Shown here one piece after another: positions 45,127-54,098 of a DNA stretch of 64,000 bases (positions are counted from its first letter, which is position 1; each line of letters starts with the position of its first letter). The translations under genes and the position numbers were made by a program. Source of the stretch: an uncultured Acidimicrobiaceae bacterium (GTDB lineage: Bacteria > Actinomycetota > Acidimicrobiia > Acidimicrobiales > MedAcidi-G1). The notes below the pieces were generated by a model. The model searched no databases. It was given only the letters and a program-made list of their open reading frames with translations, and was not told the DNA's origin. The DNA lies in assembly GCA_913030665.1 (NCBI GenBank), contig CAJWFS010000003.1, positions 101-64,100 of the forward strand. The letters run 5' to 3'.

Positions 45127-46069
45127 GGACGTCTACGCCGGGGAGCACACAGAGCATCTCGTAGAGCAGGTTGGCGCCGACCAGGCTGGTCATCCCGCTG
45201 GTGTCATAGATGGGGGCGACCTCCACCAGGTCGCAACCCACGAGGTCCAGGCCCCGGCAACCCCTGATGACCTCCAGGGCCTGGGGCATGGTGAGGCCAC
45301 CGATCTCGGGGGTGCCGGTTCCCGGCGCATAGGCAGGGTCCAGGCCGTCAATGTCGAAGCTGAGGTACACGGGGCCCTCTCCCAACTGGTCGCGTACCTC
45401 GACCATGAGGGGTTCGAGGCTCCGGTGCCAGCACTCCTCAGCCTGGACCACCCGGAATCCCTGCTGGCGGGACCAGTCGAAGTCGTCGGCTGCGTATCCG
45501 GTTCCCCGGACGCCGATCTGGACCACCCGGTCGCCGGCAAGGAGGCCCTCCTCTACGGCACGTCGGAACGGGGTGCCGTGGGCGACCCTTGATCCGAACA
45601 TGGTGTCGTTGATGTCGGTGTGGGCGTCTATGTGGACCAGGCCGACTGGTCCGTGCTTCCTGGCCATGGCACGCAGGATGGGTAGCACCACTGTGTGGTC
45701 GCCTCCCATCGAGGCGGTCATGACGTCGTCGGCCAGCAGGCCGTCGAAGTGCTCCTCTATGGCCTCCACGGCGGCCAGCAGGTCGTACGGGCTGGCAGCC
45801 ACGTCACCTGTGTCGTCGATGCGAAGGCTGTCGAACGGGGCGGCACGGGTGGCCATGTTGTAGGGGCGCAGCAGGACCGACTCGTCGCGTATCCCACGGG
45901 GGCCGAACCGTGCTCCCGGCCGGTTCGAGGTGCCGGTGTCCAGCGGGACCCCGACCACGGCGACGTCCAGGTCGGTCGGTGCGGTGGTCCCGGGAAGGCG
46001 CATGAACGTGGCTATGCCCCCGAAGCGGGGCATCTCGTTGCCGCTCAACGGCTGGGGATTCTCAGGCAT
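45119..46069 (-). CDS. agmatinase-family ureohydrolase (agmatinase or guanidino-acid hydrolase)
   Basis: 'RFGGIATFMRLP', 'GGDHTV', 'HIDAHTD', 'LSFDIDGLDPAYAPGTGTPE'. Confidence 0.9.
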   Translation of the reverse strand: MPENPQPLSGNEMPRFGGIATFMRLPGTTAPTDLDVAVVGVPLDTGTSNRPGARFGPRGIRDESVLLRPYNMATRAAPFDSLRIDDTGDVAASPYDLLAAVEAIEEHFDGLLADDVMTASMGGDHTVVLPILRAMARKHGPVGLVHIDAHTDINDTMFGSRVAHGTPFRRAVEEGLLAGDRVVQIGVRGTGYAADDFDWSRQQGFRVVQAEECWHRSLEPLMVEVRDQLGEGPVYLSFDIDGLDPAYAPGTGTPEIGGLTMPQALEVIRGCRGLDLVGCDLVEVAPIYDTSGMTSLVGANLLYEMLCVLPGVDVRG

Positions 46070-46167
46070 CGGCAGAGTCTCTCATGCCGATCGCCATGGC
46101 ACCCCCCAGATCGTGGCAGGCTCCGATGAGGCGACCGGCGGTGCCGGTGATCCGAGGAGCAGCCCTG

Positions 46168-46797
46168 ATGGCCCACGACCACCACCGACACGACCACGAC
46201 AAGGGCCTGGTGGCCAAGCTCCACTGGCTCTTCCTGATCCGGCGCTTTTGGATGTCGGATGTGAACCGTGCCGTCGTCGACATGGCCGCCCCGAAGCCCG
46301 GCGAGCGCGGACTGGACGTGGGCGCCGGCATGGGCCCGGCCACCGTGCTGGCCGCGAAGCGGGGCGCCCACGTGGTGGCCGTGGACCCTTCGGGCTTCAT
46401 GCGGGCCTTCTGCGGGTTCCGACGACTCCTGCAGCGTGCCCGGCGTCGGATCACCGTGGAGTCCGGCGTGGCGGAGGACCTCCCGGTGGCAGGGGGTTCG
46501 ACTGAGGTCCTGTGGGCCGTCAACGCCGTGCACCACTGGGTCGACCACGGGGCGGTGTGGCGAGAGTTCGCCAGGGTGCTGGCCCCCGGCGGCCGCCTGG
46601 TGCTGGTCGACGAGGACTTCGACGACGCGACCCACCCGTCCCACGAGAAGCACGCAGGTCACGAGGCCGAGATGACCCCTGTCGACGTGGCGGTGATAGC
46701 TGCCGCTATGGCGGAGGTCGGCCTGGAGGCCACCGGGGAGCACACGACGGTCGCCGGCGTTCCGGCCAAGGTGATCCTGGCGGTCCGCGCCGCCTGA
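46168..46797 (+). CDS. class I SAM-dependent methyltransferase with a His-rich N-terminus
   Basis: 'GLDVGAGMGPATV' is motif I, and 'LAPGGRLVLVDE' also fits. The N-terminus is 'MAHDHHRHDHDKG'. I chose ATG 46168 because GAGGAG lies 7 nt upstream. Confidence 0.8.
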   Translation: MAHDHHRHDHDKGLVAKLHWLFLIRRFWMSDVNRAVVDMAAPKPGERGLDVGAGMGPATVLAAKRGAHVVAVDPSGFMRAFCGFRRLLQRARRRITVESGVAEDLPVAGGSTEVLWAVNAVHHWVDHGAVWREFARVLAPGGRLVLVDEDFDDATHPSHEKHAGHEAEMTPVDVAVIAAAMAEVGLEATGEHTTVAGVPAKVILAVRAA

Positions 46798-46828
46798 GCG
46801 GGCCGTGTCCTAAGGCGAGAGGCCCGCT

Positions 46829-46858
46829 GGGCTGACCCAGGAGGCGTCGGGTCAGCCC
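46829..46858. terminator. perfect 10-bp hairpin GGGCTGACCC-N10-GGGTCAGCCC between convergent genes; a second 7-bp hairpin lies at 46798-46827
   Basis: Read directly from the sequence. It sits between the stop at 46797 (+) and the stop at 46882 (-). Confidence 0.5.
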
Positions 46859-46881
46859 GTGACCGGTTCGACCGGAAGTAC

Positions 46882-47823
46882 CTACTCGGCGGCGGTCCTC
46901 GTAGACGTCGCCACCGGTCCCTGGCCCGAACCGGACCGGGTCGCCTCGGCCCGGGCGATGAGCGCGCAGATCGGATCCAGGATCTGGGGCCACGCTCCCT
47001 CGGGGAGTTCGTGGCCCATGCCCTCGATCCAGACCAGCTCGGCGCCGGGAATGGCGTCAGCGGTCTCCTGCCCACCCTGGGGCACGATGAGCGGATCGTC
47101 GGTGCCGTGGATGACCAGCGTCGGTGCGGCGACCGTGCTGAGCGCCGGCCGGCGATCGCCATCGGCCAGGGCGGCCATCACCTGCCTGACGCCACCGTCC
47201 GGGTGCCAGGCCCTGTCCAGGTTGGCCAGGGCCTCTCGCCGCACGTACGCCTCGTCGAACGGGTAACTCGTGCCGGCGATGAGCCGGGCCGCTTCGATTC
47301 CCGCTGCGACGATGGCCTCACGATCATGCGGGGCCACGTCCGGCGGCTGTAGGGAAAGCGCCACCTCCATCTCCATGGGAATGAACCGGGGCATGGACAT
47401 GATCGACGTGAACGTCCTGACCCGATCGGGGTGGCGGGTGACCACGTGCTGCCCGATCATGCCGCCGAGAGACGCCCCGACGATGTGGGCCGATCCGAGG
47501 CTGAGAGCGTCGATTACGCCTACGGCATCATCGGCCATGTCGGCCAACGAGTAGGGAGCCTCTATGGTCCCGCCACCCAGGACGGTGAACAGGGCTTCGA
47601 TCGGATCGCCGGGCGGCTGGTCATCCAGCCAGGTGCTGAGGCCGACATCTCGATTGTCGAAGCGGACCACGTGGTGACCACGATCGGCCAGCCCACGACA
47701 GAAACCCTCGGGCCACACGGTCAGCTGGGCATTCAGCCCCATGATCAGGAGGATCGGGGGATCGGCCGGACTGCCCATCTTCTCGACCTCGATGGTGATC
47801 CCGTTGGCTTGGACCTTCGCCAT
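46882..47823 (-). CDS. alpha/beta hydrolase
   Basis: 'PILLIMGL' and 'HIVGASLGGMIG' (GxSxG), with a C-terminal 'GMGHELPE'. Confidence 0.88.
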   Translation of the reverse strand: MAKVQANGITIEVEKMGSPADPPILLIMGLNAQLTVWPEGFCRGLADRGHHVVRFDNRDVGLSTWLDDQPPGDPIEALFTVLGGGTIEAPYSLADMADDAVGVIDALSLGSAHIVGASLGGMIGQHVVTRHPDRVRTFTSIMSMPRFIPMEMEVALSLQPPDVAPHDREAIVAAGIEAARLIAGTSYPFDEAYVRREALANLDRAWHPDGGVRQVMAALADGDRRPALSTVAAPTLVIHGTDDPLIVPQGGQETADAIPGAELVWIEGMGHELPEGAWPQILDPICALIARAEATRSGSGQGPVATSTRTAAE

Positions 47824-47863
47824 CCCCGCTCCTCACCGCCTAGTCAACGGTGGTTAGGTTGCC

Positions 47864-48145
47864 ATGGTGGACGACGTTCTCTGGAACCGGGCCGGGCTGG
47901 AGTTGGCAGCCATGATCGCCGACGGTGAGGTGTCCAGCCGGGAGGTGGTAGACGCTCACCTTGAACGCATCCACGAGGTGAACGGCCGGCTGAACGCCGC
48001 AGCGCTGCTCCTGGAGGGCACGGCACGGAGCGCCGCCGATGCAGCCGATCGGGTCACCTCCGCAGGGCTCCCCACCGGCCCGTTCCATGGTGTGCCCATG
48101 ACGGTCAAGGACGGCCTGGACCTGGCCGGCCACGCCACCACGTAG
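47864..48145 (+). pseudogene. N-terminal remnant (93 codons) of an amidase-signature-family amidase
   Basis: 'AAMIADGEVSSREVVDAHLERIHEVNGRLNAA...GPFHGVPMTVKDGLDLAGHATT*' stops exactly where full-length amidases (~450-500 aa) continue into the Ser-Ser-Lys core. The convergent ABC permease stop is 6 nt away. Confidence 0.7.
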
Positions 48146-48151
48146 GCCTCC

Positions 48152-50872
48152 CTACTCGTGGGAGATGGCTTCCAGGATGTTCAGCCGTGCGGCCCGCCGG
48201 GCGGGGAGGATGGCGGCAAGCATCCCGAACAGCCCTGATACCAGCAGGTAGCCCAGCAGGCTCCGGTACGGGATCGACACTATGTCCACGAAGGTCTCGG
48301 GGATGGCCGCTATGGCTGCCAGCCCGAACAACACCCCCATTCCCACGCCCAACAGGCCCCCGAATAGGGCGATGATGACCGCCTCCCAGCGAACCATCCG
48401 GCGGAGCTGGCGTCGGGTCATCCCGATGGCCCGCAGCAGCCCGAGTTCGCGTGTCCGTTCGTAGACCGAAAGGGCCAGTGTATTGGTGATGCCCAGCACG
48501 GCTATCAACAGTGACAGGCCGAGAAATACCTGAATTATCGACAGCACCTGGTCGAGTTGCTTCTCCTGGGCATTGCGGAATTCGGATCGATTCTCTACGA
48601 CGACCTGCGGGTAGGCGTCGGTGTAGACCTCGATTGCAGCTCGAGATGCATAGTTGTCAGCGTCGACCGGGAAAAGGACCGAGATCCAGGCAAGGGGCGC
48701 GGTCGGAAGATACGAGTCAAAGACCGAGATATCGACGACCCAGTTCCCCAGAAGGGTTGAGTCCTCGAAGATCGCCGCGACGGTCAACTCGCTAGTTCGA
48801 CCACCTGGGAAATCAATGAGGATCGGATCACCAATGGTGAGCCCTAGATCGCCTGCCGGGTCGACGTGGACCAGTACTCCGTTGCTTCCGGCGCCGAACT
48901 CGGAGCCCTCGGTCACCTGGACATTCATATGTTCGTCCAGGATCTCCAGGTCGGCGGCCACCAGGTCCTTGAAGTCTTCTCCGATTTTCACTCCCCCCAA
49001 AGTCCAGCGCATCGTCATTACCGACTTGACGAGGTCGGGTCTTTCGGCAGCCAGATGCTGCAGGTCCGACCCGAGTTCAGTGGAGAAGCCAGCCTGTGGG
49101 TTGAAGGTGTCCCCATATACGAAGAGATCCGCCTCGACACTCTGATCCATGGTGCTCAGAAAGGTCGTCTTCACAGAATCGCTTACCACCGCTGCGAGGC
49201 TCACCAGGGCGAGTCCGATGGTCAATGCGGCGGCGGTCGCGGCGGTGCGGCGCGGCGACCGCCGAGCGTTGTCGGTCGCCAGGCGACCGGGGATTCGGTA
49301 CAGCCTCTGAATGGGCCATCCCAGGATGGAGGCCACCGGCCTGGCAATCACCGGGCTTAGGAGGTACACGCCCATGAAGGTCGTGAGTGCCCCACCACCT
49401 ACTGCTGTCAGGACAGAGACGGTCGACATCTCGACGGTCATGCCCAACGTCAGGGCTCCGATGCCGATGGCCGTCACGGCCGAACCCACCTGGAGGCGCC
49501 GCCTCAGGCCTGTCGGGGTGAGGCGTACGTCGTCGCGCATCGCAGCCACCGGTGGGATCTGCCGAACCCGGCGTGAAGGCCCGATTGCGGAGACGAGAGT
49601 GGCGCCCACCCCTACTACCGAGGCCACAATGATGGTCCTTGGCCGGATCGGGATCGAGCCTGGCAATTCGCCGAAGCCGATGTTTACAAGTACCCAAACA
49701 AGCAGCGTGGAGAGTAGGTAGCCGCCAACGAGACCAAAGACGGTGGCGACCACGCCAATTGCGACTGCCTCCAGCCTCACTGATCTGCTGATCTGGCGAC
49801 CCGTGGCCCCCAACGCTCGGAGCAGGGCCAGCTCGCGAACCCGCTGTCCGATGACGATCGAAAACGTGTTGTTGATGATGAAGGCGCTGACCACCACGGA
49901 GATGACCGCGAAACCCAGGAGTACCGAGGAGATGATGTCTATGAACTGGTCGAAGTCACTCTGGTCCTCGGCAATCTTCGTGGCTGCCGTGACCACTTCT
50001 AGATCGACATCAGTGAGAGCAGACAGTTGCTTCCGCTGGCCCTCCGGAAGAGTCGAGACGACGGCCCGGAAGTCGGCGGTCGCCAGGTCGAGGCGATCTT
50101 GGACTACGGCCATTACTGCGGCTTCGTCCGCACCGTCTTCCAGGTAGATCGCGATCTCGTCGTAGAGGCCGACCTTGTTGCCGACCTCCTGGGCGGTCTC
50201 CTCGTCGAAGAGGCTCATGTTGGCACCGAGGCTCTTGTTCTCGTCCGAGTCGCCGAAGTTGGCCGTACCTACGAGGACAAACCGGCGGTTACCGCTAGGG
50301 GCACTGACCGTGTATGTCTCGCCGATGGTGAACCCGAACTCGTCAGCAGTCATGTTGTCGAGCGCGAACTCGCCCACGGTGGCCGGGTCTGCCATTGACC
50401 CGGTGCGGAGCGGGGCCCGACCGTCCGTGATGAAGAATTGGCTATGGTCCTCCGTCGCATCTCCGTAGTCGGACCCTTCCGGGGGTGTGAAGTTGAAGCC
50501 GAACTGCGGTGCCCCGCCATTGGTGCCGATTGCCGCGAGTTCGCCGTCCCCATCGGTGTACAGGGGGACCACGTTCCAGACTTGGACCGACGGCCAGACG
50601 TAACGGATTCCGGGGACGTCCGTCAATGCGCCGAGAACCTCTTCCGGGAAGGGGAGACGGTTGATCCGTTCAGCGCCTTCGTCGATCGATGTCCGCACGA
50701 CGAGGTCAATTTCGCCACTGATGTCGGTAGCCAGCTCGTCAAAGGTGTCTCGGAGACGGTCCGTCAAGAAGAACGAGGTCGAAAGAAATGCGACGCCCAG
50801 CACCACGGCCAGGGTCGTGAGGGCGAACCGCAGCTTGCGGCGCGTGATGTTCCGGAATGTGAGTCGGAACAC
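48152..50872 (-). CDS. ABC transporter permease with two FtsX-type domains (MacB/DevC-like, 906 aa)
   Basis: 'FRNITRRKLRFALTTLAVVLGVAFLS', 'RELALLRALGATGRQI' and 'RELGLLRAIGMTRRQL'. The last two are duplicated FtsX loop motifs. Confidence 0.9.
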   Translation of the reverse strand: MFRLTFRNITRRKLRFALTTLAVVLGVAFLSTSFFLTDRLRDTFDELATDISGEIDLVVRTSIDEGAERINRLPFPEEVLGALTDVPGIRYVWPSVQVWNVVPLYTDGDGELAAIGTNGGAPQFGFNFTPPEGSDYGDATEDHSQFFITDGRAPLRTGSMADPATVGEFALDNMTADEFGFTIGETYTVSAPSGNRRFVLVGTANFGDSDENKSLGANMSLFDEETAQEVGNKVGLYDEIAIYLEDGADEAAVMAVVQDRLDLATADFRAVVSTLPEGQRKQLSALTDVDLEVVTAATKIAEDQSDFDQFIDIISSVLLGFAVISVVVSAFIINNTFSIVIGQRVRELALLRALGATGRQISRSVRLEAVAIGVVATVFGLVGGYLLSTLLVWVLVNIGFGELPGSIPIRPRTIIVASVVGVGATLVSAIGPSRRVRQIPPVAAMRDDVRLTPTGLRRRLQVGSAVTAIGIGALTLGMTVEMSTVSVLTAVGGGALTTFMGVYLLSPVIARPVASILGWPIQRLYRIPGRLATDNARRSPRRTAATAAALTIGLALVSLAAVVSDSVKTTFLSTMDQSVEADLFVYGDTFNPQAGFSTELGSDLQHLAAERPDLVKSVMTMRWTLGGVKIGEDFKDLVAADLEILDEHMNVQVTEGSEFGAGSNGVLVHVDPAGDLGLTIGDPILIDFPGGRTSELTVAAIFEDSTLLGNWVVDISVFDSYLPTAPLAWISVLFPVDADNYASRAAIEVYTDAYPQVVVENRSEFRNAQEKQLDQVLSIIQVFLGLSLLIAVLGITNTLALSVYERTRELGLLRAIGMTRRQLRRMVRWEAVIIALFGGLLGVGMGVLFGLAAIAAIPETFVDIVSIPYRSLLGYLLVSGLFGMLAAILPARRAARLNILEAISHE

Positions 50873-50876
50873 CGGG

Positions 50877-51617
50877 TCAGCCGCCGATGGCCTTGATTCG
50901 ATCGAGGATGGCGTCGGCTTCCGGGTCGACCAACTCGTCCACGATCATGCCGTCGGCCAGGAACAGGACCCGGTCGGCCCGGGCTGCCGCACCCGCATCG
51001 TGCGTGACCACTACCAGGGTCTGGTCGAGGTCGTCGACGGCGGACCGCAGGAAGTCCAACACCTCCCCGCCGGTCACCGAGTCCAGGTTCCCCGTCGGTT
51101 CGTCGGCGAAGACGATCTCAGGTCGGCTCACCAGCGCCCGGGCCACGGCCACCCGCTGCTGCTGTCCTCCCGACAACTCGCTGGGTCTGTGGCCCAGGCG
51201 GTCCTGTATGCCCACGGACTCGATCACCTCGACGAGCCATCCCGGATCGGGCTTTGTTCCCGCCAGGTCCAGCGGGAGGGTCAAGTTCTCCCTGGCGGTC
51301 AGCGTCGGGAGCAGGTTGTACGCCTGGAATACGAAGCCGATCCTGTCGCGACGCAGCAGCGTCAGGTCGCGTTCCGACAGGGTCCCCAGCTCCACGTCGC
51401 CGATGTGCACGGTGCCGGAGGTCAGGTCGTCGAGACCCGCCGAACAGTGCATGAGGGTGGACTTGCCGGAACCCGAAGGACCCATGATGGCGGTGAACCG
51501 ACCGCGCTCGAACTCGACGTCCACGCCATCCAGGGCGCGGACCTCGGTGTCGTCCGAGCCGTAGGTCTTAGTACCGCCAGCCATGCGGGCCGCAGCGTTG
51601 GTGATCTTGGTGCTCAT
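50877..51617 (-). CDS. ABC transporter ATP-binding protein (MacB/LolD-like)
   Basis: 'GPSGSGKSTL', 'LSGGQQQRVAVARAL', 'VFADEPTGNLD'. The start was moved to ATG 51617. Confidence 0.9.
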   Translation of the reverse strand: MSTKITNAAARMAGGTKTYGSDDTEVRALDGVDVEFERGRFTAIMGPSGSGKSTLMHCSAGLDDLTSGTVHIGDVELGTLSERDLTLLRRDRIGFVFQAYNLLPTLTARENLTLPLDLAGTKPDPGWLVEVIESVGIQDRLGHRPSELSGGQQQRVAVARALVSRPEIVFADEPTGNLDSVTGGEVLDFLRSAVDDLDQTLVVVTHDAGAAARADRVLFLADGMIVDELVDPEADAILDRIKAIGG

Positions 51618-51677
51618 GGCCGCCACCCTATGGTCGGTGTTGTTAGCGGCCGACCACGGGGTGACGGGAGATGCGTG

Positions 51678-52205
51678 ATGGATGAGGTGACATCGGCCAC
51701 GGCGGACGGGTTCCGTCGTGCCACCCCGGACGACCTGGAGCGGCTGCTGGAGTTGAACAACCAGGCCGTTCCAGCGGTGAACGAGCTCACGGCTGACGAG
51801 CTCGCCTGGTTCCTGGAGGTCGCCCACCTGTTCCCGGTGGCCGAGGACCCGGGGACCGGTGAGGTGGTGGCCCTCCTCGTCGGCCTGGACGGGCCGGGAC
51901 TGGCGTATCAGAGCCTCAACTATGCGTTCTTCTGCGAGCAGGCCCGTCGCCGACAGGACCGGTTCCTGTACGTGGACCGGGTGGTCGTCCATCCATCGGC
52001 CTGGGGGCGTGGCCTGGCGCGTGCGATGTACCGGTTGCTCATCGAATCGGCTGACGGCCACACCTGCCTGTGTGCCGAGGTGAACACCGTGCCGCGCAAT
52101 GACAGGTCCCTCGAGTTCCACGAGCGGTACGGGTTCGAGGTGGTCGGCGAGCAGTCCGACGAGGTGACGGGCAAGACGGTCTCGATGTTCGCCCTGGCAC
52201 TCTGA
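51678..52205 (+). CDS. GNAT-family acetyltransferase
   Basis: 'LYVDRVVVHPSAWGRGLARAMY' and 'NDRSLEFHERYGFEVVG'. The start was moved to ATG 51678. Confidence 0.8.
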   Translation: MDEVTSATADGFRRATPDDLERLLELNNQAVPAVNELTADELAWFLEVAHLFPVAEDPGTGEVVALLVGLDGPGLAYQSLNYAFFCEQARRRQDRFLYVDRVVVHPSAWGRGLARAMYRLLIESADGHTCLCAEVNTVPRNDRSLEFHERYGFEVVGEQSDEVTGKTVSMFALAL

Positions 52206-52225
52206 GGCCGGGAGCCCGGTACCGG

Positions 52226-52468
52226 TCAGTCCCGGAGGATGGTGGTGCCGGCTGGTCGCCGACCAACCGAACCACACGACCAGCAGGGCTCGGCAGGATC
52301 GCCACGCCACGCCACCTCGCAGCTGGTGCAGACCAGCCCCACCCAGTGGGATGGTTCGACGCCCGCCACCCGGGATGGGCCCGTGGTCGACCGGTACCGG
52401 AGTGGATGGTCGAGGGACGCCTGACCCGGCGGGCGGTCCGAGTTCCTCGGCGTCGGCCAGAGTGCCAT
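52226..52468 (-). CDS. possible small (80 aa) zinc-ribbon protein
   Basis: An internal Met of track ORF 52226-52729(-) gives 'MALWPTP...VCTSCEVAWRGDPAEPCWSCGS..' (CxxC-N11-CxxC). Third positions are G/C-rich, but a same-phase shadow ORF exists on the + strand (52239-52424). Confidence 0.35.
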   Translation of the reverse strand: MALWPTPRNSDRPPGQASLDHPLRYRSTTGPSRVAGVEPSHWVGLVCTSCEVAWRGDPAEPCWSCGSVGRRPAGTTILRD

Positions 52469-52595
52469 GCGCGGCACCGTAGCGAAGGCCCGCGCGTGGC
52501 TGGGTGACCCCGGCCCGTGGCCCGTAGCCTGCATCCGGAGATCGACCTGTGCAAAGCGCACCACCCATCTGATCCAGGTCGCCGAGGAGACACCG

Positions 52596-53153
52596 ATGTC
52601 CGACCTGATTCCACACCCAGACGGCTCCAGTGAGCGCAGAACGAGCTTTCCATCTGCACCACCGATGGTCATCGACCCGGCGAAGGCGTATTCGGCCGAG
52701 ATGGTGACTTCGATGGGCACCATGACCATTCACCTGGATCCGATCGGTGCACCGCAGACGGTCAACAACTTCGTGTACCTGGCCCGGTGGCACTACTTCG
52801 ACGGCCTCATCTTCCACCGTGTCATCGATGGCTTCGTGATCCAGGGTGGTTGTCCCGAGGGCTCGGGTAGGGGCGGCCCCGGATACAAGTTCGCCGACGA
52901 GCTCCCGAAGCCCGGTCGCTACGAGCTCGGGTCGGTGGTCATGGCAAACGCTGGTCCGGACACCAACGGCAGCCAGTTCTTCGTCATCACCGGCCCGAAC
53001 GGGGTCGGCCTGCCCCCGTCCTACGCCTTGTTCGGCAAGGTCGTGAGCGGCCTCGAGGTGGCTACTGCCATCCAGGAGGTTTCCACCGGACCCGGTGACC
53101 GACCCACCAGCAACGTGATCATCGAGTCGGTGACCGTCACTGAGTCCGACTGA
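52596..53153 (+). CDS. cyclophilin-type peptidyl-prolyl cis-trans isomerase
   Basis: 'FHRVIDGFVIQGG', 'MANAGPDTNGSQFFI'. I chose ATG 52596 because GAGGAGA lies 5 nt upstream. Confidence 0.9.
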   Translation: MSDLIPHPDGSSERRTSFPSAPPMVIDPAKAYSAEMVTSMGTMTIHLDPIGAPQTVNNFVYLARWHYFDGLIFHRVIDGFVIQGGCPEGSGRGGPGYKFADELPKPGRYELGSVVMANAGPDTNGSQFFVITGPNGVGLPPSYALFGKVVSGLEVATAIQEVSTGPGDRPTSNVIIESVTVTESD

Positions 53154-53240
53154 ACCTTCCGACGTTTTCGGGCAATCCTGGCCTTCGGGGCAAGTGACCT
53201 CACCAGGCCAACCAGACGATCAACGACTAGGGAGTTGACT

Positions 53241-54088
<848 letters not shown>

Positions 54089-54098
<10 letters not shown>

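Noticed and set aside
52340-52380. A tRNA-like T-loop string 'ggttcga' in the 390-nt gap.
   Set aside because: The flanking bases (GGGAT / CGCCC) cannot form a T-stem, and no acceptor or anticodon arms can be drawn.
52206-52595. The missing C-terminal part of the truncated amidase, possibly displaced to the other side of the ABC/GNAT block.
   Set aside because: I translated all three plus-strand frames by hand. None resembles an amidase C-terminus, and 390 nt is far too short for the missing ~370 codons.
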